Origin: Chrysomallon squamiferum
Lineage: Eukaryota > Animalia > Mollusca
Direction of reading: 5' to 3'
Assembly (NCBI GenBank): GCA_012295275.1
Contig: CM022672.1
Span: forward strand, 10,292,001-10,356,000
Length of the DNA stretch: 64,000 nucleotides
In this document: piece by piece, positions 1 through 14,358 of the stretch
How positions within the stretch are numbered: the stretch's first letter is position 1
How the letters are laid out: each line of letters starts with the position of its first letter
The notes under the pieces: model-generated
What the model was told of the DNA's origin: nothing
Databases searched by the model: none
What the model saw: only the letters and a program-made list of their open reading frames with translations
Translations under genes and position numbers: made by a program

Positions 1-352
1 GTAATAAGAGTATATAAAAGAACTGAGTGTGGTTTCTTATTTTTCAAGGTGACGTATATTTTTATATATATACATAGATACACATAATGCACAATAACAC
101 ATGCTTATACATACGCAACATATAATGTAATGTGTATATGTGTGTGTGTCATGTACGTATGCGTGTGTGTATTTGTGTATCTATGTAGACATATATGTAT
201 ATATAAATACGTATCTGCATGCATGCATAAATATAAAATAACTGAATAAGTAAAGAAACAAGGTAAGAAGAGAATGGAGAGAGCGAAAGACAGGAAGGAC
301 AAAATCAGAGACAAAAACCTAAACGTAACTGAAACTTTATGATTTTACTAAC

Positions 353-598
353 TTCTGTAGTGATCCACACTCGGCGCCACCTTCAGAATGGCTACGACAT
401 CTTCGTGTGTGGTGTTGTGCAGATGGCACTCTCGAATGGAGTTGTCGTAGTCGAATGATTTGCACTCGAAGTCGGTTTCCCTCACGCATCCAGCTGCACA
501 TGATTCTACTGAGGCGTTTTTCAGAATTTTGCCAGGAGAAGCGGATAGCTGCAGTTGTCTCATTCTTGTGAACAGACTTCGAAATGTGGACAGATTTA
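353..598 (-). CDS. Internal coding exon (phase 1-1) encoding a PAN/apple domain of a secreted or extracellular protein
   Basis: The translation VNLSTFRSLFTRMRQLQLSASPGKILKNASVESCAAGCVRETDFECKSFDYDNSIRECHLHNTTHEDVVAILKVAPSVDHYR fits the PAN_1 pattern C-x3-C...F-x-C-x-SF-x-Y...C-x-L...D-x-Y. The minus-strand acceptor is cttctctttttgttttctccAG (AG at 600-599) and the donor is A|GTTAGT (GT at 352-351). Length is 246 nt = 82 codons. Confidence 0.9.
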
Positions 599-3500
599 CT
601 GGAGAAAACAAAAAGAGAAGAGAAATGTCCATAAGAGTATTTATATCTACTTCGTGGGTTTTTACATAAGTATTATATTAGCGAAAATAGATAATACTGA
701 AAAAACAGTTTGCTATATGTAAATATTTAACATCTTAAAATTATAGTCCATCAGTCGTATGTTTTTATATAAGCTTGATGTCGTATTCACAATGAAACAT
801 ATGTAATGGTCTTTACCATATTCATAAGAAAGTTTATAAAAAAGTAAAACAATTATATCTTTAAGGGAAAAAATGAATAGTGAGGAAATGTAATCATGAA
901 ATATGATGATGACGACGATGATGATAATGGTGATAATGATGATGATGATTATGATAATAATAATAGCAGTATTTTAGTAATGATAGTAATATAATAATAA
1001 TAACTACATTATTAATAACTAATGTAATAATAATAATAAAACAATAATTATAATCATAAACAACGTCTGTCAGTATTGTAAAATTATTAATTTTTGTTAG
1101 TGCAAACAAGAATAACAAAAACAAGAACACAGAATAAAATAACATAAAATAAATAACGAAAAATAACACTGGAATTAATTTAATCACAAATATTACTATA
1201 TTATACCTTAATTTCCCACTGAAATTAAATCTAATAATCCATTTATTTTGGTTATATATATATATATATAATATTTTGGCTAGATCTGTTCTAATAGAAG
1301 TTAGAGATTGTGCACATGATAGGCGCACTTAAACCAGCATGTTAAATTACCTACATCAATAACAGATGGAGACGAATCCCACAGGGATACACAGCAGTTT
1401 TTAGAACTGTAATTCTGATGATCAGACCTTTCTTTAAAAAACAAATTCTGTGTATTCATTCGTAACTTTCCAACAGATTTACGATCGTGTTTTATATATT
1501 TTTTCTCTCTTTTTATTATTATTATTATTATTTTTTTTTTTTTTTTTTTTTTTTTTTCAAGGTGACAGTTCTTATACGACATTTTTATGTAATTGTTTTT
1601 TGCTGCAATCTTTTGTGTCGATTAGAAATTCAGCAAAAAGCTCGCAGTACATCATGGCAGGTGTTTTGTAAGTTAAGAGCAGCTATCACTAATGTATTTA
1701 CGTCTCTTGTACGTGAACAATAAAGTAATATTAGAAGTGGGTCTACGTTATATTTCGCATTAGTCTGGCATAATAATAATTAGTCTGGTAGATATTATGA
1801 AAAGTGTTTCCAGCGTTTCACTAAGGAAACATAACCTTTGTTCAGCAGAGATTAACGACATTGAAAGTGAAGGATATTATGTCAGTTGAGACCAAAAAAA
1901 ACAAACAGAAAATTATATAAAATATAATATGGTTTTGTTGTGTGTGTTGTTTGTTTTGTTTTTTCATCTACATTCAAGTAGTATTGGATTGTCTCTACAT
2001 ACTTTTTTAAAAGACATAAACTAAAACTCATATATACTTATTTACATAGAGGTATTCAAAGAATAAATAGCACAAGACAGTCCATTAAATGAGAGAGAGG
2101 ACTTGCACAGTAAAATAACAATCTCTGACAATGTTTTCTTTCTTAAGAAAACATATTATATCGCGAATTAATAAAACAAAATGAAATTCTTTTATTAAAA
2201 AATACATTAACTAAAATGTGAAGCAGTATAAACATAAGGACGGAATCTGAAGAAACTTTCCTGTTTTACTGTAACAAAATTAAGGAAAAGTAAAGGAGTT
2301 CATCGAAAATCGACACATCACTTGCACAAATATATTATTAATATTCGTAATCATATTTGGTATTTCTGTCCTGAGAATCGAAATAACGATCATTGCACTG
2401 GTTTTCCAGTATGTGGGTCAAGAAGAGAGAGTTCAGGGATTTGATCCGGACTGAAGATGGATGTCCAATACTTGCCCTCGGCTCGTGTCATTAACGGAAT
2501 TAGACGGCGCGGTCGAATACCGCCGAGCACGATCTTGTACTTAACGCTCACTCGATGGCGTCGTAAAATGACGATTTGTAACGCCGTTCCGCCGTCCTCT
2601 TCAGTCGCAGCGTTGGCCTGCCTCTCAGAATTAAACGGGGTCATTAACGCGGACATGCTGATGAAACGGACATCGAAATTTTGATGATTGTTTCTGGTTT
2701 TATCAAAGATTAACTTTTTGTAGAAAAGGAATTCCTTTTCGCATAATGATTTAGGTGTCACGAGGGAAAATAATGTTTTATTTAACGATACACTCAAAAC
2801 GCTGTATGTTCCTTACCTAGCATAATACATGAGTTAACGACAACCTTACAGGTAATGAAAAAGAGAGTCCGCTATTCTTTCACGAAGGGTTATTTTAATT
2901 TAGTTGAGTTAGGGATCGTTTATATTACGCTTGCCTCCAGACAGGAAAACGTCACATATATAACGTTTGATATACAGTCTCTGTCAGCCAGTACCGACTG
3001 GAGCGGAAAATAACAAAATGGGAACAGCGAGAAGAACTGATGCGATGACTTATGACACTGTAACTCAGACTTAACCATTGAATTTTGTTTTTTTAAAGCC
3101 AACGAGATTTATTTAACAAGACAATATATATGATTTAGAAAATAGTATACGTCGTAAAAAAGCAGAAACCGTAATCCACGAAATGGAAAACGTCAACCTG
3201 AAACGACCATGAAGTCATTCCTCGCAAGATTAATGGCTTCTCTAAGTAGAAATTTAATATATGTCTGTAATTATTACTTTTTTTTAAATGGTTATTTTGC
3301 TTAGCTTAAAAGGCAATTTCTGATGTCATAAAATGCTACAGTGTATGTAAAACAGCAGTCTGTATAAAAACATTAAGTGGACTCCGTCCCATAACAGTAT
3401 CTGTATCAAAGATGGAATCATGCATCACTTCTTAAGAATAGTGAATAAGTCTGGTGACTCATTTTTATTTCATACAATTGCTTATGACTGCATTAATGAG

Positions 3501-3995
3501 GGATAAATCTATTATTTATAGCTGACGTATGCGAAATTGTCAAAGGTATAATAAAAAATAACTGTACTTTTCCATTGCGTAGTCTCATAAAAAACATGAT
3601 TTTATTGTCTTATTCACATTGAAATGAAAATGATGTTTGCTTTTAACAGAAGGTAGGATAGTGTGTGATTTGATATGTCTGAACAGAAACTAATCAGCTG
3701 CTTTTCAAATTGCGTTCATCATGTTTTTCACTTGAAACGATTATACACATCTACTTCATTACAGTTATATCAGTAGCAAGCAGCAACAATATTTTCATAA
3801 ATAATTTTTTTTTTGTAAAGAAAACTATTAATGTAACAAGAAGCTTTCTTTTAATAAAAAGTCAGACAGACACAAATACTATATCTTTACAAAAGTCGTA
3901 AATTTGTTAGATGTATTCTGATAGAAAAGTCGTAATCGTTATCATGTACTGAGGAATAGTCACTGAAGTATATTTGTATGTTGCCTCTTTCGCTC

Positions 3996-4084
3996 TTCCA
4001 TCCATCCATCCATCCATCCATCCATCCATCCATCCATCCATCCATCCATCCATCCATCCATCCATCCATCCATCCATCCATCCA

Positions 4085-4115
<31 letters not shown>

Positions 4116-4170
4116 TTATCTATCTCTCTACCTATCTATCTGTCTATCTATCTATCTATCTATCTGTCTA
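3996..4170. repeat. (TCCA)n followed by (TCTA)n compound microsatellite
   Basis: Directly visible tetranucleotide arrays. Confidence 0.95.
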
Positions 4171-4439
4171 CCTAACAGTTTGTTTTTCTGTGTATCTGTC
4201 TGTCTGTTTGACTGACTGGCTGCTGGAAGGTTGTCTATTTCCATCGCCTCTCTCTCTCTCTTTTTATTAGTATTTTGACTTATACAAATTTTCCCTTCAC
4301 TGTGTTTTAAATCAGTGGTTAAGTGCAGAAATGTGGCGAGTCTACCCAGTCTACAATTTGCATGTCTTTCCTGATTAAGGAAAGGTTTTTATAGAAGATA
4401 ATTCGAGACTGACTCATAACAGTAATTGACGGTTTCCTC

Positions 4440-4556
4440 TGTCATGATATGATAACCTACCACTGAATGATAAAAAAAAACCCAATTAATCTGAGGAATT
4501 TAGGTCTGGCAATTTATTGCAGTTCAGGCGATCGCTCTACCCATGAGGCCATCTCT
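4440..4556 (-). mobile_element. Degenerate tRNA-derived SINE 5' head
   Basis: The minus strand reads gagatggcctcatgggtagagcgatcgcctgaactgc, which is A-box/D-arm-like. The B box is decayed and there is no complete cloverleaf. Confidence 0.45.
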
Positions 4557-6225
4557 ATTTCAAATAACACCGATCGCAATAATGTTTCCTGCTCAATTTA
4601 CTCTGGTTTTTTATTTGAGATTTCGATATAAAAATTCAAAAACTGAAATATTTAGTCTGTAAAGTTCAAAACCAAAGATACTGTGTCGAATGATTGCTTA
4701 ACGCTGCGGTCACTGCGACTTGCAGTGTGAGCACAGTTGACGAGGAAGCGAGCCAGAGGGAAGTCTTCAGTTTATAAAACAAGTCTACAGCTGGAGGCGC
4801 GGAGACAGATCTCTCGTCGTCTTTCACTACTCAGACAGCGAACTCATGATCTCAGCGTGTTCGCAGCATTTACCAAAGAAAACTCTCAAATGTAATTACC
4901 TGTTTACTGCCTTAGAATGAAGAGTTTTGCTTCAAGGTGTTATTAAATATTTTACTGGAAGGTTTCGTCTCGTAAAAAAGAGAATATTTTCAACTTCAGA
5001 TGCGAGAGTTTGAATATCTGAAATTGATCTGCAATAGCTCTAATAAGAGAGAGCGTCCAATTACAGGCGTTGCTAAAAAAAACCTAAATAATACGGGAAC
5101 ATTAAAACATGTGTAACTGTCATTTAATCGAGGGCGAAAGGGTTTAGATAGCTGTTACTATAGTATTACATAGAAGAAAAATAGACGTTCGATTTCAAAA
5201 GTAATAATAATAATGCGTCATAATATGTTCAAAGATTTTGATTTTTCGTAACGTTTTTCTAAACGTCAAACGCTTCATTTACAAAACAATTATCTAGTAT
5301 CAAATGACTGAAACCGCTGACATTTAAAAGTTAATATACTCGGTACATAAACTTCTACATTGAATGGAGCACGGTTTAATATCCTGCGTGTAGTTAACAC
5401 CAGTGGTTTCCATATTAGCATATCCATTGTCACCCGCCGAGTTCAGTCTACGTTCTGTCTTTGTCTGGTCTCTTTTCTTTTGACAAGTCTCTCGACTGGA
5501 TCCGTTTTGCCATCATTTCAATTTACTTTACATGAAGAAAGATTATTTTCGTTTCAATGAGAAATCTTTGTAGCTTAACGAGGCTAATATTAACTACCAC
5601 AGCCGTCTGAAGCCGTCGTCTTCGGCTTGACCACGGCGGACTCCGCGGTGAATAATGCAATCAATAAAGGCAATATTGCGACCTAACAATAAGACACTGT
5701 CTCCGTGAAAGCAAAAACATCCAGACCGCAGATTTCAGTGTTCGAAATAGGGCGCCACAGATCGCAAAAATTGATGAAACACCAATCATTTAGCAATCAC
5801 CGGTTAATAATGGTCGTTTAGTTAATTTGAAACTAGTGGCCTGTTCAGAAACCGCTTTGATGACAAAGAAAAGGTTCCGATTTCCACAGAAACCGTTTTC
5901 CTGCCTCTTTTCTGTTTCCGGTTCCAAGGTTAAGTTGCCCAATTTTCTGTCTGTTACAACCTGGGGCAGTTTGTAACAGTGCTGATTGTCTGAAAATCTA
6001 TAGCATAATTATCTTAAATGTAGCGTGATAATTACACTGCTCTAAACAACAGAGGGACACGAAACTATGACATGATATAACAGGCAAGCTGGAAACACTC
6101 TAGTTATATAATAGAGACCTTGCTTTATGAATTGTACAACACTACTAACAGCACTAATTATTTGTACTCTGTTTCTATAATTTCTCTAGTATATGATATT
6201 ATGCTGACCAGTATTGTCCAGATTC

Positions 6226-6226
<1 letters not shown>

Positions 6227-6256
<30 letters not shown>

Positions 6257-6410
6257 TGTATGTATGTATGTATGTATGTATGTATGTATGTATGTATGTA
6301 TGTATGTATGTATGTATGTATGTATGTATGTATGTATGTATGTATGTATGTATGTATGTATGTATGCATGCATGTATGTTTGTATGTATGCATGTATGTT
6401 TGTATGTACG
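6227..6410. repeat. (TATG)n microsatellite
   Basis: Long near-perfect array. Confidence 0.95.
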
Positions 6411-6621
6411 TGGGTGTGTGTGTATGTATCTATATGTGTGTCTGTGTACGTATATGTGTATGTGTTCGTATTCTTGTTATATTCCTGAAGATAGACCAGT
6501 ACATAACAAAGGTTTGCCTTCGTAAATAATTTTATAAAGCCCAAATTTTGTTTTAAGTATTAATGTTCTTTACTATTTTCTTTCTGACGAAATTTAAAGC
6601 TGTAATATATATATATTTTTT

Positions 6622-6804
<183 letters not shown>

Positions 6805-7416
6805 ATATCTCTCTCTATATATAATTACTTTAAAAAGCACATGTATATCATGTTTTTCATTAAAAAAATCCCGTTGAATTTTTATAATAAAGGTGGTGTA
6901 TAATAACGATGGATATAGTAATTACATATGTGTTAGAGGACACCTAAATGGGAAGGTAATTCCTCTTTTAAATACACTGCATTCTATCTAGATATTATGT
7001 TCATCTTTGTATTAGTAATAATACACGTATATGTTACTCGGCAGAATAGCAGTAATTATGTACATAACAAAACTAATAACATATATTCGTGCAGTCACTG
7101 TATGAAATGAACAAGCTAACATCAAGATGAATTAACGGGATTCGATATTAGTCCTTTATCACGTATGTTTCGCGAATCTGTAGTGCCAACTACGTTATAT
7201 ACAGAATACAACTGGATTATATTAAATGTCAGAAGGAAAAATATATATATAAATGTAATATATTTCGTAATATAGCGCACTAACAGAGAAGCAATCAGAA
7301 AGAGAGAGACAGAGACAGACAGTGAGACAGAGACAGGAATAGCCTCACACAGACACACAGAGTCAGGGGAAGAAGAAAGAAAAGATAGAGATAGACAGAC
7401 AGAGAGAAAAGAAGAT

Positions 7417-7523
<107 letters not shown>

Positions 7524-8383
7524 ATAACTTGAATATTAAATAACTGAAAGTCGTGACAGGATCAAACCAAAACAGACCTGAATATTTTTACTGTTACATA
7601 TTTTTCTATAATATTCAAATTGGAGTTTACGCTTCATCAAACAAGAAAATTAAAGCTTTGTTGTTGCTCGTAAAACGTCAATCGAACGCCATAAAAATGA
7701 TAAATTGACCTTATAATCCCCGTTTCAATATGATCATCGCGAATAAACACGAAGTCCTGAAGATGTTTATAAATACTTTTATTCAAACTTACTTCACAAT
7801 ACGTAAATAAAAGAAAAGAAAAGAAAGAAGAAAACAAACAAACAATCAAATAAATTAATTAATTAATTAACAAACAGATAAGTAATGAATTAAATAAATA
7901 AAACGTAAAAAAAAAAAAAAACATCATTCAGAAACAGCTTGTCTGTGAGTGGGTGGGGTGAGTGAGTGAGTGTGGTATATTACTTGAGTATGTTTGTGTG
8001 TTTTCTATGTTATTTACATGTACATACACCTACACCAATATCTTATTATGTTGGATAATATTCAAAATAAAATTTTGATTAATGAAAAATAGTATTTCTT
8101 ATTTCAGTAGTGGGAGAAAACACAATGGAGTATTTTAAAATCCACACAAATATATATTTTAAAAATATTCTGTTATTACGTATACAGTGTTAAATACGGT
8201 ATTTGCAGCAATGATTAAATCCTCATATAAAATACACAGAAAAAAAGATAAGACTATATTAATCTACACACAAAAATAGAACAAAAAGTTAAAACTGTTT
8301 TTGATTACTTAAAGCTAAAACTCTTTTAGATTACTTATTGATTTGACCGCCTATTTTCTGATGAATGGTTGAGTTGTTATTAC

Positions 8384-8435
<52 letters not shown>

Positions 8436-8648
8436 TTAAATTTTATTAAATAAATAAAAAATCGAAGACAAGTAAAATAAAGAATCAGTGGATTTATTTG
8501 TAATATGTTTATTTAAATTTTATTCTGTTTTGTTATGTTTTTATTTATTTATTTATTTTTTAATAATTGATTTTGTTTGTTTGTTTGTTTATTTAGTTAG
8601 TTTTTACTTTATTTCGATATTCGATTTTATTTCTTTTCAACTGTTTTA

Positions 8649-8686
<38 letters not shown>

Positions 8687-9403
8687 TTGTAATTTTGTAA
8701 TTAATTATTTTTATTTTATTTCATTTTTCAAAAGTTACTTTATTTATTTTTTTATATATATTCCTGGTATCGGTTATTATCGGACACCGATATTCTGATA
8801 TTCATTTATTTATACCTTGACCACTCAGTAACATAATTAATAAAACTCAGACTATGCGCCTGTCTCTTTCTCTTCGATTAATATTAGAAATTAGTTATTA
8901 CATGGCACCCACCTGCAAAAACAGGTGTACAAACAAAAGTTGTTTTATTCGCACCACGGGTTTCATTTTTGTTAAATAACCAAGAAACAAGTTAATGTTC
9001 ACTGAAATGGCGCATATGCTATTTCAAAAAGGTATTTAATTGAAGATTAAAAAAAAAAAAAAGGAGCACACAAGATGCGTCATATTCAATAAATAAACGA
9101 GAGAATATATTACAGGGTATGTTGATAAATTAACCCGTGGATGATGGATAAGCGACTGAGTTATGAGTGAGTGGGTGAGTAATTCGTTGAGTGAATGAGT
9201 GAGTAAATGAGTGGTTGACTGAGTGACTGGTGAAATGGGTGAGTCAGTGGATGGGTGGACAGGTGAGAGAAAATGAGTAAGTTGTGGGTTGGTGGGTGAA
9301 CGAGTGATTGCACGAGAGGCTAACTCAACAGTTTATATGCAGTGTTACTATTTTGCCACTACTCACCAATGTATCTACAGGTATGATTAACGTACTCACT
9401 GAT

Positions 9404-10641
9404 GTGTTTTTGAATTGTAAAAATAGAATTGTTATAAAACTGAGGTTACCCAGAACAGCTGTTTTTATAAAGATATTAATGACATGTTGAAAAGTTATAA
9501 TTACGCTTGCAGACAAAACAAACACGTGGTAATTCATTTTGATCCGGTTGTGTTGAACATGACACTTCCAACAAATTTTAAAATAATAATTCCCTCCAGC
9601 CTGTCTAGTTTATTAAAATTAGTTTGACGAAAAATCATTAACTGTATTTTAATAGCCTATTATAACAAACTCTTTTTTCCTTCCTTTTTTTCTTTTTTTT
9701 TTTTTTTTTTTTTTTTTTTTATCAAACTGAAATCTTGCCATTTCTCCCATAGCCTTTCTCCTGAATTAATCTTTTCTTAATTACTTTTAATCTGCTGATT
9801 CTAAACTTTCCATTTTTTCTTTCTTTCTTATTCACTCTTCCATATCCATCGCGGCGTACTTAATAAACCAGACACAACCGAAGTTATTAAGTCAACGAAC
9901 AAAGCACGACACATTCGGTTACCTAACCCAGTTCACGGCTGTCACAATTAATGCCTGTATTGGCCATGGTTCTGTAGATTATATCCAGGAAATCTGCTTG
10001 TATGCCTGGAAGAAACTTTCGCCCATTTTCCACCATTGATCGACTTTTATGGCTTCACCCTTTACTGGGGTCTTTTCATGCGAGCGCTCAGCTATGAAAA
10101 GGCCAACATAATATTTTCCTGTGCAGTTCACATGTCGATATTTTGTTTCGCTCTGATCTTGAATGAGGCAACCGCCGCGGAAACTAGCGTGACGCCAATA
10201 TTAACAGAAATAGGAAATTAAGTGGTTTCAAATTTGTATTAATCCCTAGCGCTGTAGGTACTAGAAACTCGATCGCGTTCTCGGTCTGTTATCCTTAGTT
10301 ATAGAAGTTTTAAATAGATGAATATATGCTTGGTATTTAATGTAGAGATAATTTTTTTTTTTGAAAAAGGAAAAATAAAAAAATAAATAAACGAAGATTA
10401 TAAAAAAGAGGATACTGCATTGTGAGACCAAAGGCAGACTATTTAACAACAGTTTTCTCTAAATATATTGCAAATATATCTGGTCTAATAGAATGTGTTA
10501 CTAATACTCTCAGATCAGTTTAAAGTAAAAAGTTATAATTTTATAATCGTAATAAATTTAGTGTTTTTGAATAATAAAATAAAATAAAATGACTGAAAAA
10601 AATGAGTTTATCCAGAGCAGTTGTTTTTATAAAGATATTAA
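9404..10641 (+). repeat. Diverged ~80-bp direct repeat pair (9404-9479 and 10561-10641)
   Basis: Both copies read gtgtttttgaat...tgag(g/t)tta(c/t)ccaga(a/g)cag(c/t)tgtttttataaagatattaa. Confidence 0.7.
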
Positions 10642-10733
10642 AAGTATGTTAATGACTTCGAATATAAATTTATAATTTGATATAAAAAAAATTAAAATTC
10701 ATAACAACTACATTTACTTTATTTTATGCTTTT

Positions 10734-10868
<135 letters not shown>

Positions 10869-12866
10869 CACACCTCATTGTCCTCAATCTGTATATCTCT
10901 ATACATCTATTTGTATATATCTTTCTATCTGTCTGTCTGCCTGTCTATCTGTCAATCTTTCACCTGCCCATCTATTTATCTATCTACTGACCTACATGCC
11001 TACCTAGCTACCTACCTACCCACTTATCTATCTATCTATCTATCTATCTAATTATCTAATTTCTACCTCACTCCTACCTACCTATCTATCAATATATCTA
11101 TCTATCTATATTTATTATTTCTGTCTGTACACCTCTTTTTTTCTCTCACTATCTCGTTCTTTTAGAGATTAATTCATGTTTGGTTAAGCTTTTCTCTTGC
11201 AAAACGAACATTACAATAAAACCTTAGCATTTCTAATTTAACGACCTATTAAAAAAAAAAAAGCACACATCAATAACCAATACTAATTAGTGTAATGTCC
11301 CAGAAAATAAGAAAAATGTACAATATCTAGTTACAGAACATAACTTTGAAAAAATATAATATGACATTAACGTAGTAATTAGAAAAGAAGAAAAAGAGCG
11401 ATCAAATAAGTGTGATGAGATGTGATTATGTCTTTCAGTGATTCAGAAAAGAAACTGACAGAAATTAACGTCATTACGAAAGAGCGGTGGCAAAGCCGAT
11501 TACTCGCGTTTATAAGCTTCGATAGAGATGCAGACCGCAGAAAGAAATACAGATGGCTGTTTTAGTGTTGTTGTTTTTTGTTGTTGGTTTTTTTTTTTTT
11601 TTTTTGGAAATAAAGATATCATGTGACAAGAGAAAAAGGTTCTGTTTGTCGATATCTCTAAAAATCTGGATGTTTATTTTCTTTTCTTTTTTTTCTTTTG
11701 TTCTTTCTTGTTTTCTTTTTTATTCTTTGTTCTTTCTTTCTTTTGCTATTGTTATTATTATTATTATTGTTGTTGTTGTTGTTGTTGTTGTTGTTTTGGG
11801 GTTTAAAAAAATATATATATATTGTTCTGTAGCGTCTCTCATATTAGTAGTATGTATGTGTGTACATGTATAATTGAGTGTGTGTGTGTGTGTGTGTGTG
11901 TTTACAGAGGTATGTATATATATGTATGTGTGTATGTATGTATGCATTTCTGTATGTTTATGTGTATGTATGTATGTATGTATGTACAAAAGTCTATAGG
12001 TACGTATGTACGTATGTAAATCAGAGTACGTGCGTATATATGAAAGGATGTATGTACATGTATTTATGTATGTGTATATATATGTATATTATGTATGTGT
12101 TTTATGTAGTGTATATTGTGTGTACTGAGTTAATACATGTGTAATTTGTGTAATTATGTTCATGTGCATGTTTGTGTGTGTCTGTGACTGTGTGTATGTG
12201 CATATTGCATATATATATTTGGATTAGTGTGAATTGTTGCTAGTTTTGTTCATTATAAAATAAACAGAAAAGCCTATTTTCCGATGAAAAAAAGAAAACA
12301 ATTACACAATTTTTATACTTTTTGTTTTATAATCCAAATCGACAGTTGACATGCATTGATCGAAAAATACCTGAGTAACATGTAGACATCTGCATTTCTC
12401 ATTATCCATTCGCCTTGCATAAGTGCTTTAGCAACAGGTGTGCGTGCATTTCGTATACAGAGTACTCATTACCACAAACCTGGCATTTGACAAAAACAAT
12501 CGATACAAAAACGTATGGTCTGTCAATGTTCCGTGTACATTAGTGTACAGTTATTATTATGTGAGCTTATTCAGATACTAAACCATGCTAAAAGAGCTTT
12601 CTGCTGCACCAAATGACTGTATTGCTACTTTGATATTGTATTGCTGGTTTTAATTTCTATTTTTGTTAATATATTCCTTTAGTTTTAGCAGTTATTATTT
12701 TTAAAACAGTATTTGTGTAAAATGTATAACAAAATATAGACTATACACACACGTTCATGCAGAAATGGTACAGTGCACTGTGATTAATTTTTTTGGAAAT
12801 GTCTGTATTAAGTTGCTCTTATCGAATCATCATCTATTTTTTGTTGCTGCTGCTGCTGTTTTGTTG

Positions 12867-12867
<1 letters not shown>

Positions 12868-12946
<79 letters not shown>
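12868..12946. repeat. (TG)n microsatellite
   Basis: Directly visible. Confidence 0.95.
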
Positions 12947-12947
<1 letters not shown>

Positions 12948-13340
12948 TGCATCAGTGTGGTTACAGTATAAAAATACCAAAGTTAAAAAAAGTAATAGAT
13001 AAATAAATGCTGTCTTATGAAAGTTGCAATATTTTGAAATTGGGAAGTAAATTCCTTCAAAATGTTTGTTAAAAAATATATAAAAATAAATAAAAATAAT
13101 AAAAAATAAAACTGAAAAAAAAATATATAAATAAAGAGTTTGTTTTAAAATAACTTACCCAATAATAAAAACACTTTCATATGCAAAATTGATATTTTAA
13201 TTGGTTCATTCATTTATTCTTTCTTTCTTTCTACATGCTATTCGAGGTCATTTACGCTGGGATTTAAAATATGGGTTGAAGACGATTCATTTATACATCA
13301 GTGTAACCGATTCTGTTGTTCAAATTAAATAAACACTTAC

Positions 13341-13428
13341 CACAATGGACACAGATTGTCTGGTGAAACAAAATCAGAATCAAAATTGCCAAAAACTTCT
13401 CTAACGTCTGAAAACTTTCGAAACACAT
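13341..13428 (-). CDS. Probable first coding exon (signal peptide) of the PAN-domain gene
   Basis: The minus strand reads aataaaATG TGT TTC ... CAT TGT G|gtaagt and encodes MCFESFQTLEKFLAILILILFHQTICVHC plus 1 nt. It has a hydrophobic core (FLAILILILF), an A-rich start context and a perfect GTAAGT donor. The phase-1 end joins the PAN exon in frame (G+TA = Val). Confidence 0.78.
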
Positions 13429-14252
13429 TTTATTTTCTTTTTCTCACTTATATTACTAAAATCCGGTATCCAAAAGAATAATTTCAGAAACACATCCCAG
13501 CAACAATATATGGTATCCTTTATCCTCACAGAAGAACACACGAATTAAATTTCCCCATGAAATAAAAATCATCAGTAAAATAAAGAATAGATATCAAAGC
13601 AGCTAAATAAATGTCGTCTGTTCTTTACGGTTCCGGCGCGCGGAATCATAGCATGGGAATATTGGCCCTGATCGAGGATAGCGAGCTAATGAAAAACTGC
13701 AATAAAATCCGATGGAATTTTGTGTCGCAGCAAGACGGAATAGTTGGCGAATCTACAGCAGTAGGTCGATCGAGTAAACATAATCGGCTTGTCTTAGAGT
13801 AAAACCTGATGCTACAGACATTGTGGAAGCATAAGGTTCCTCGTGATACGTTTTGAATGTTATTTTAAGGTGTTTTTTTACAATCAAAAATAGAGTTTTG
13901 TAAACAGAAAAAAGACTTGTACTTTAATGACATTTTTTTTTTCTTCTCTTTGCTCTGTCAGTTGCTATTGAAATGAATAATGATAGAATAATAGTGATGA
14001 TTATGATGATATGAAGATGAAGCAAGAATCAAAAAAAAAAAAAAGATGGTGTATTGTTATGTTATGTCATCAGATTATGTTTTGTTACATGGTGGTGTTA
14101 TTTTATTTACATTGTTGTGTTATTTTATATTATGCTGTGAGACATTTATTTTTTATTGTGTTCTTCCTAAGTATTTGTATTTAATTTGTCTCCTGCTGTA
14201 GCAACAGTAACGTGTGATGTTATTACTGCCGAATTTAGCTGCATGGTAACAA

Positions 14253-14273
14253 TAAGACCAATGTCATTTGTAT

Positions 14274-14357
<84 letters not shown>
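14253..14357 (+). repeat. (AG)n with a conserved 5' flank shared with the array at 21271
   Basis: aagaccaatgtcatttgtatactgag(ag)n here versus aaggccaatgtcatttgaatattgag(ag)n at 21271. Confidence 0.75.

Positions 14358-14358
<1 letters not shown>

Noticed and set aside
599-632. N-terminal MDISLLFLFSP of the 348..632 ORF as a real start
   Set aside because: It is the intronic polypyrimidine tract and acceptor; the exon begins at 598, and the ORF's stop lies within the donor GTTAGT.
4787-4802. acagctggaggcgc as a CTCF site
   Set aside because: Three mismatches to the core consensus; too weak.
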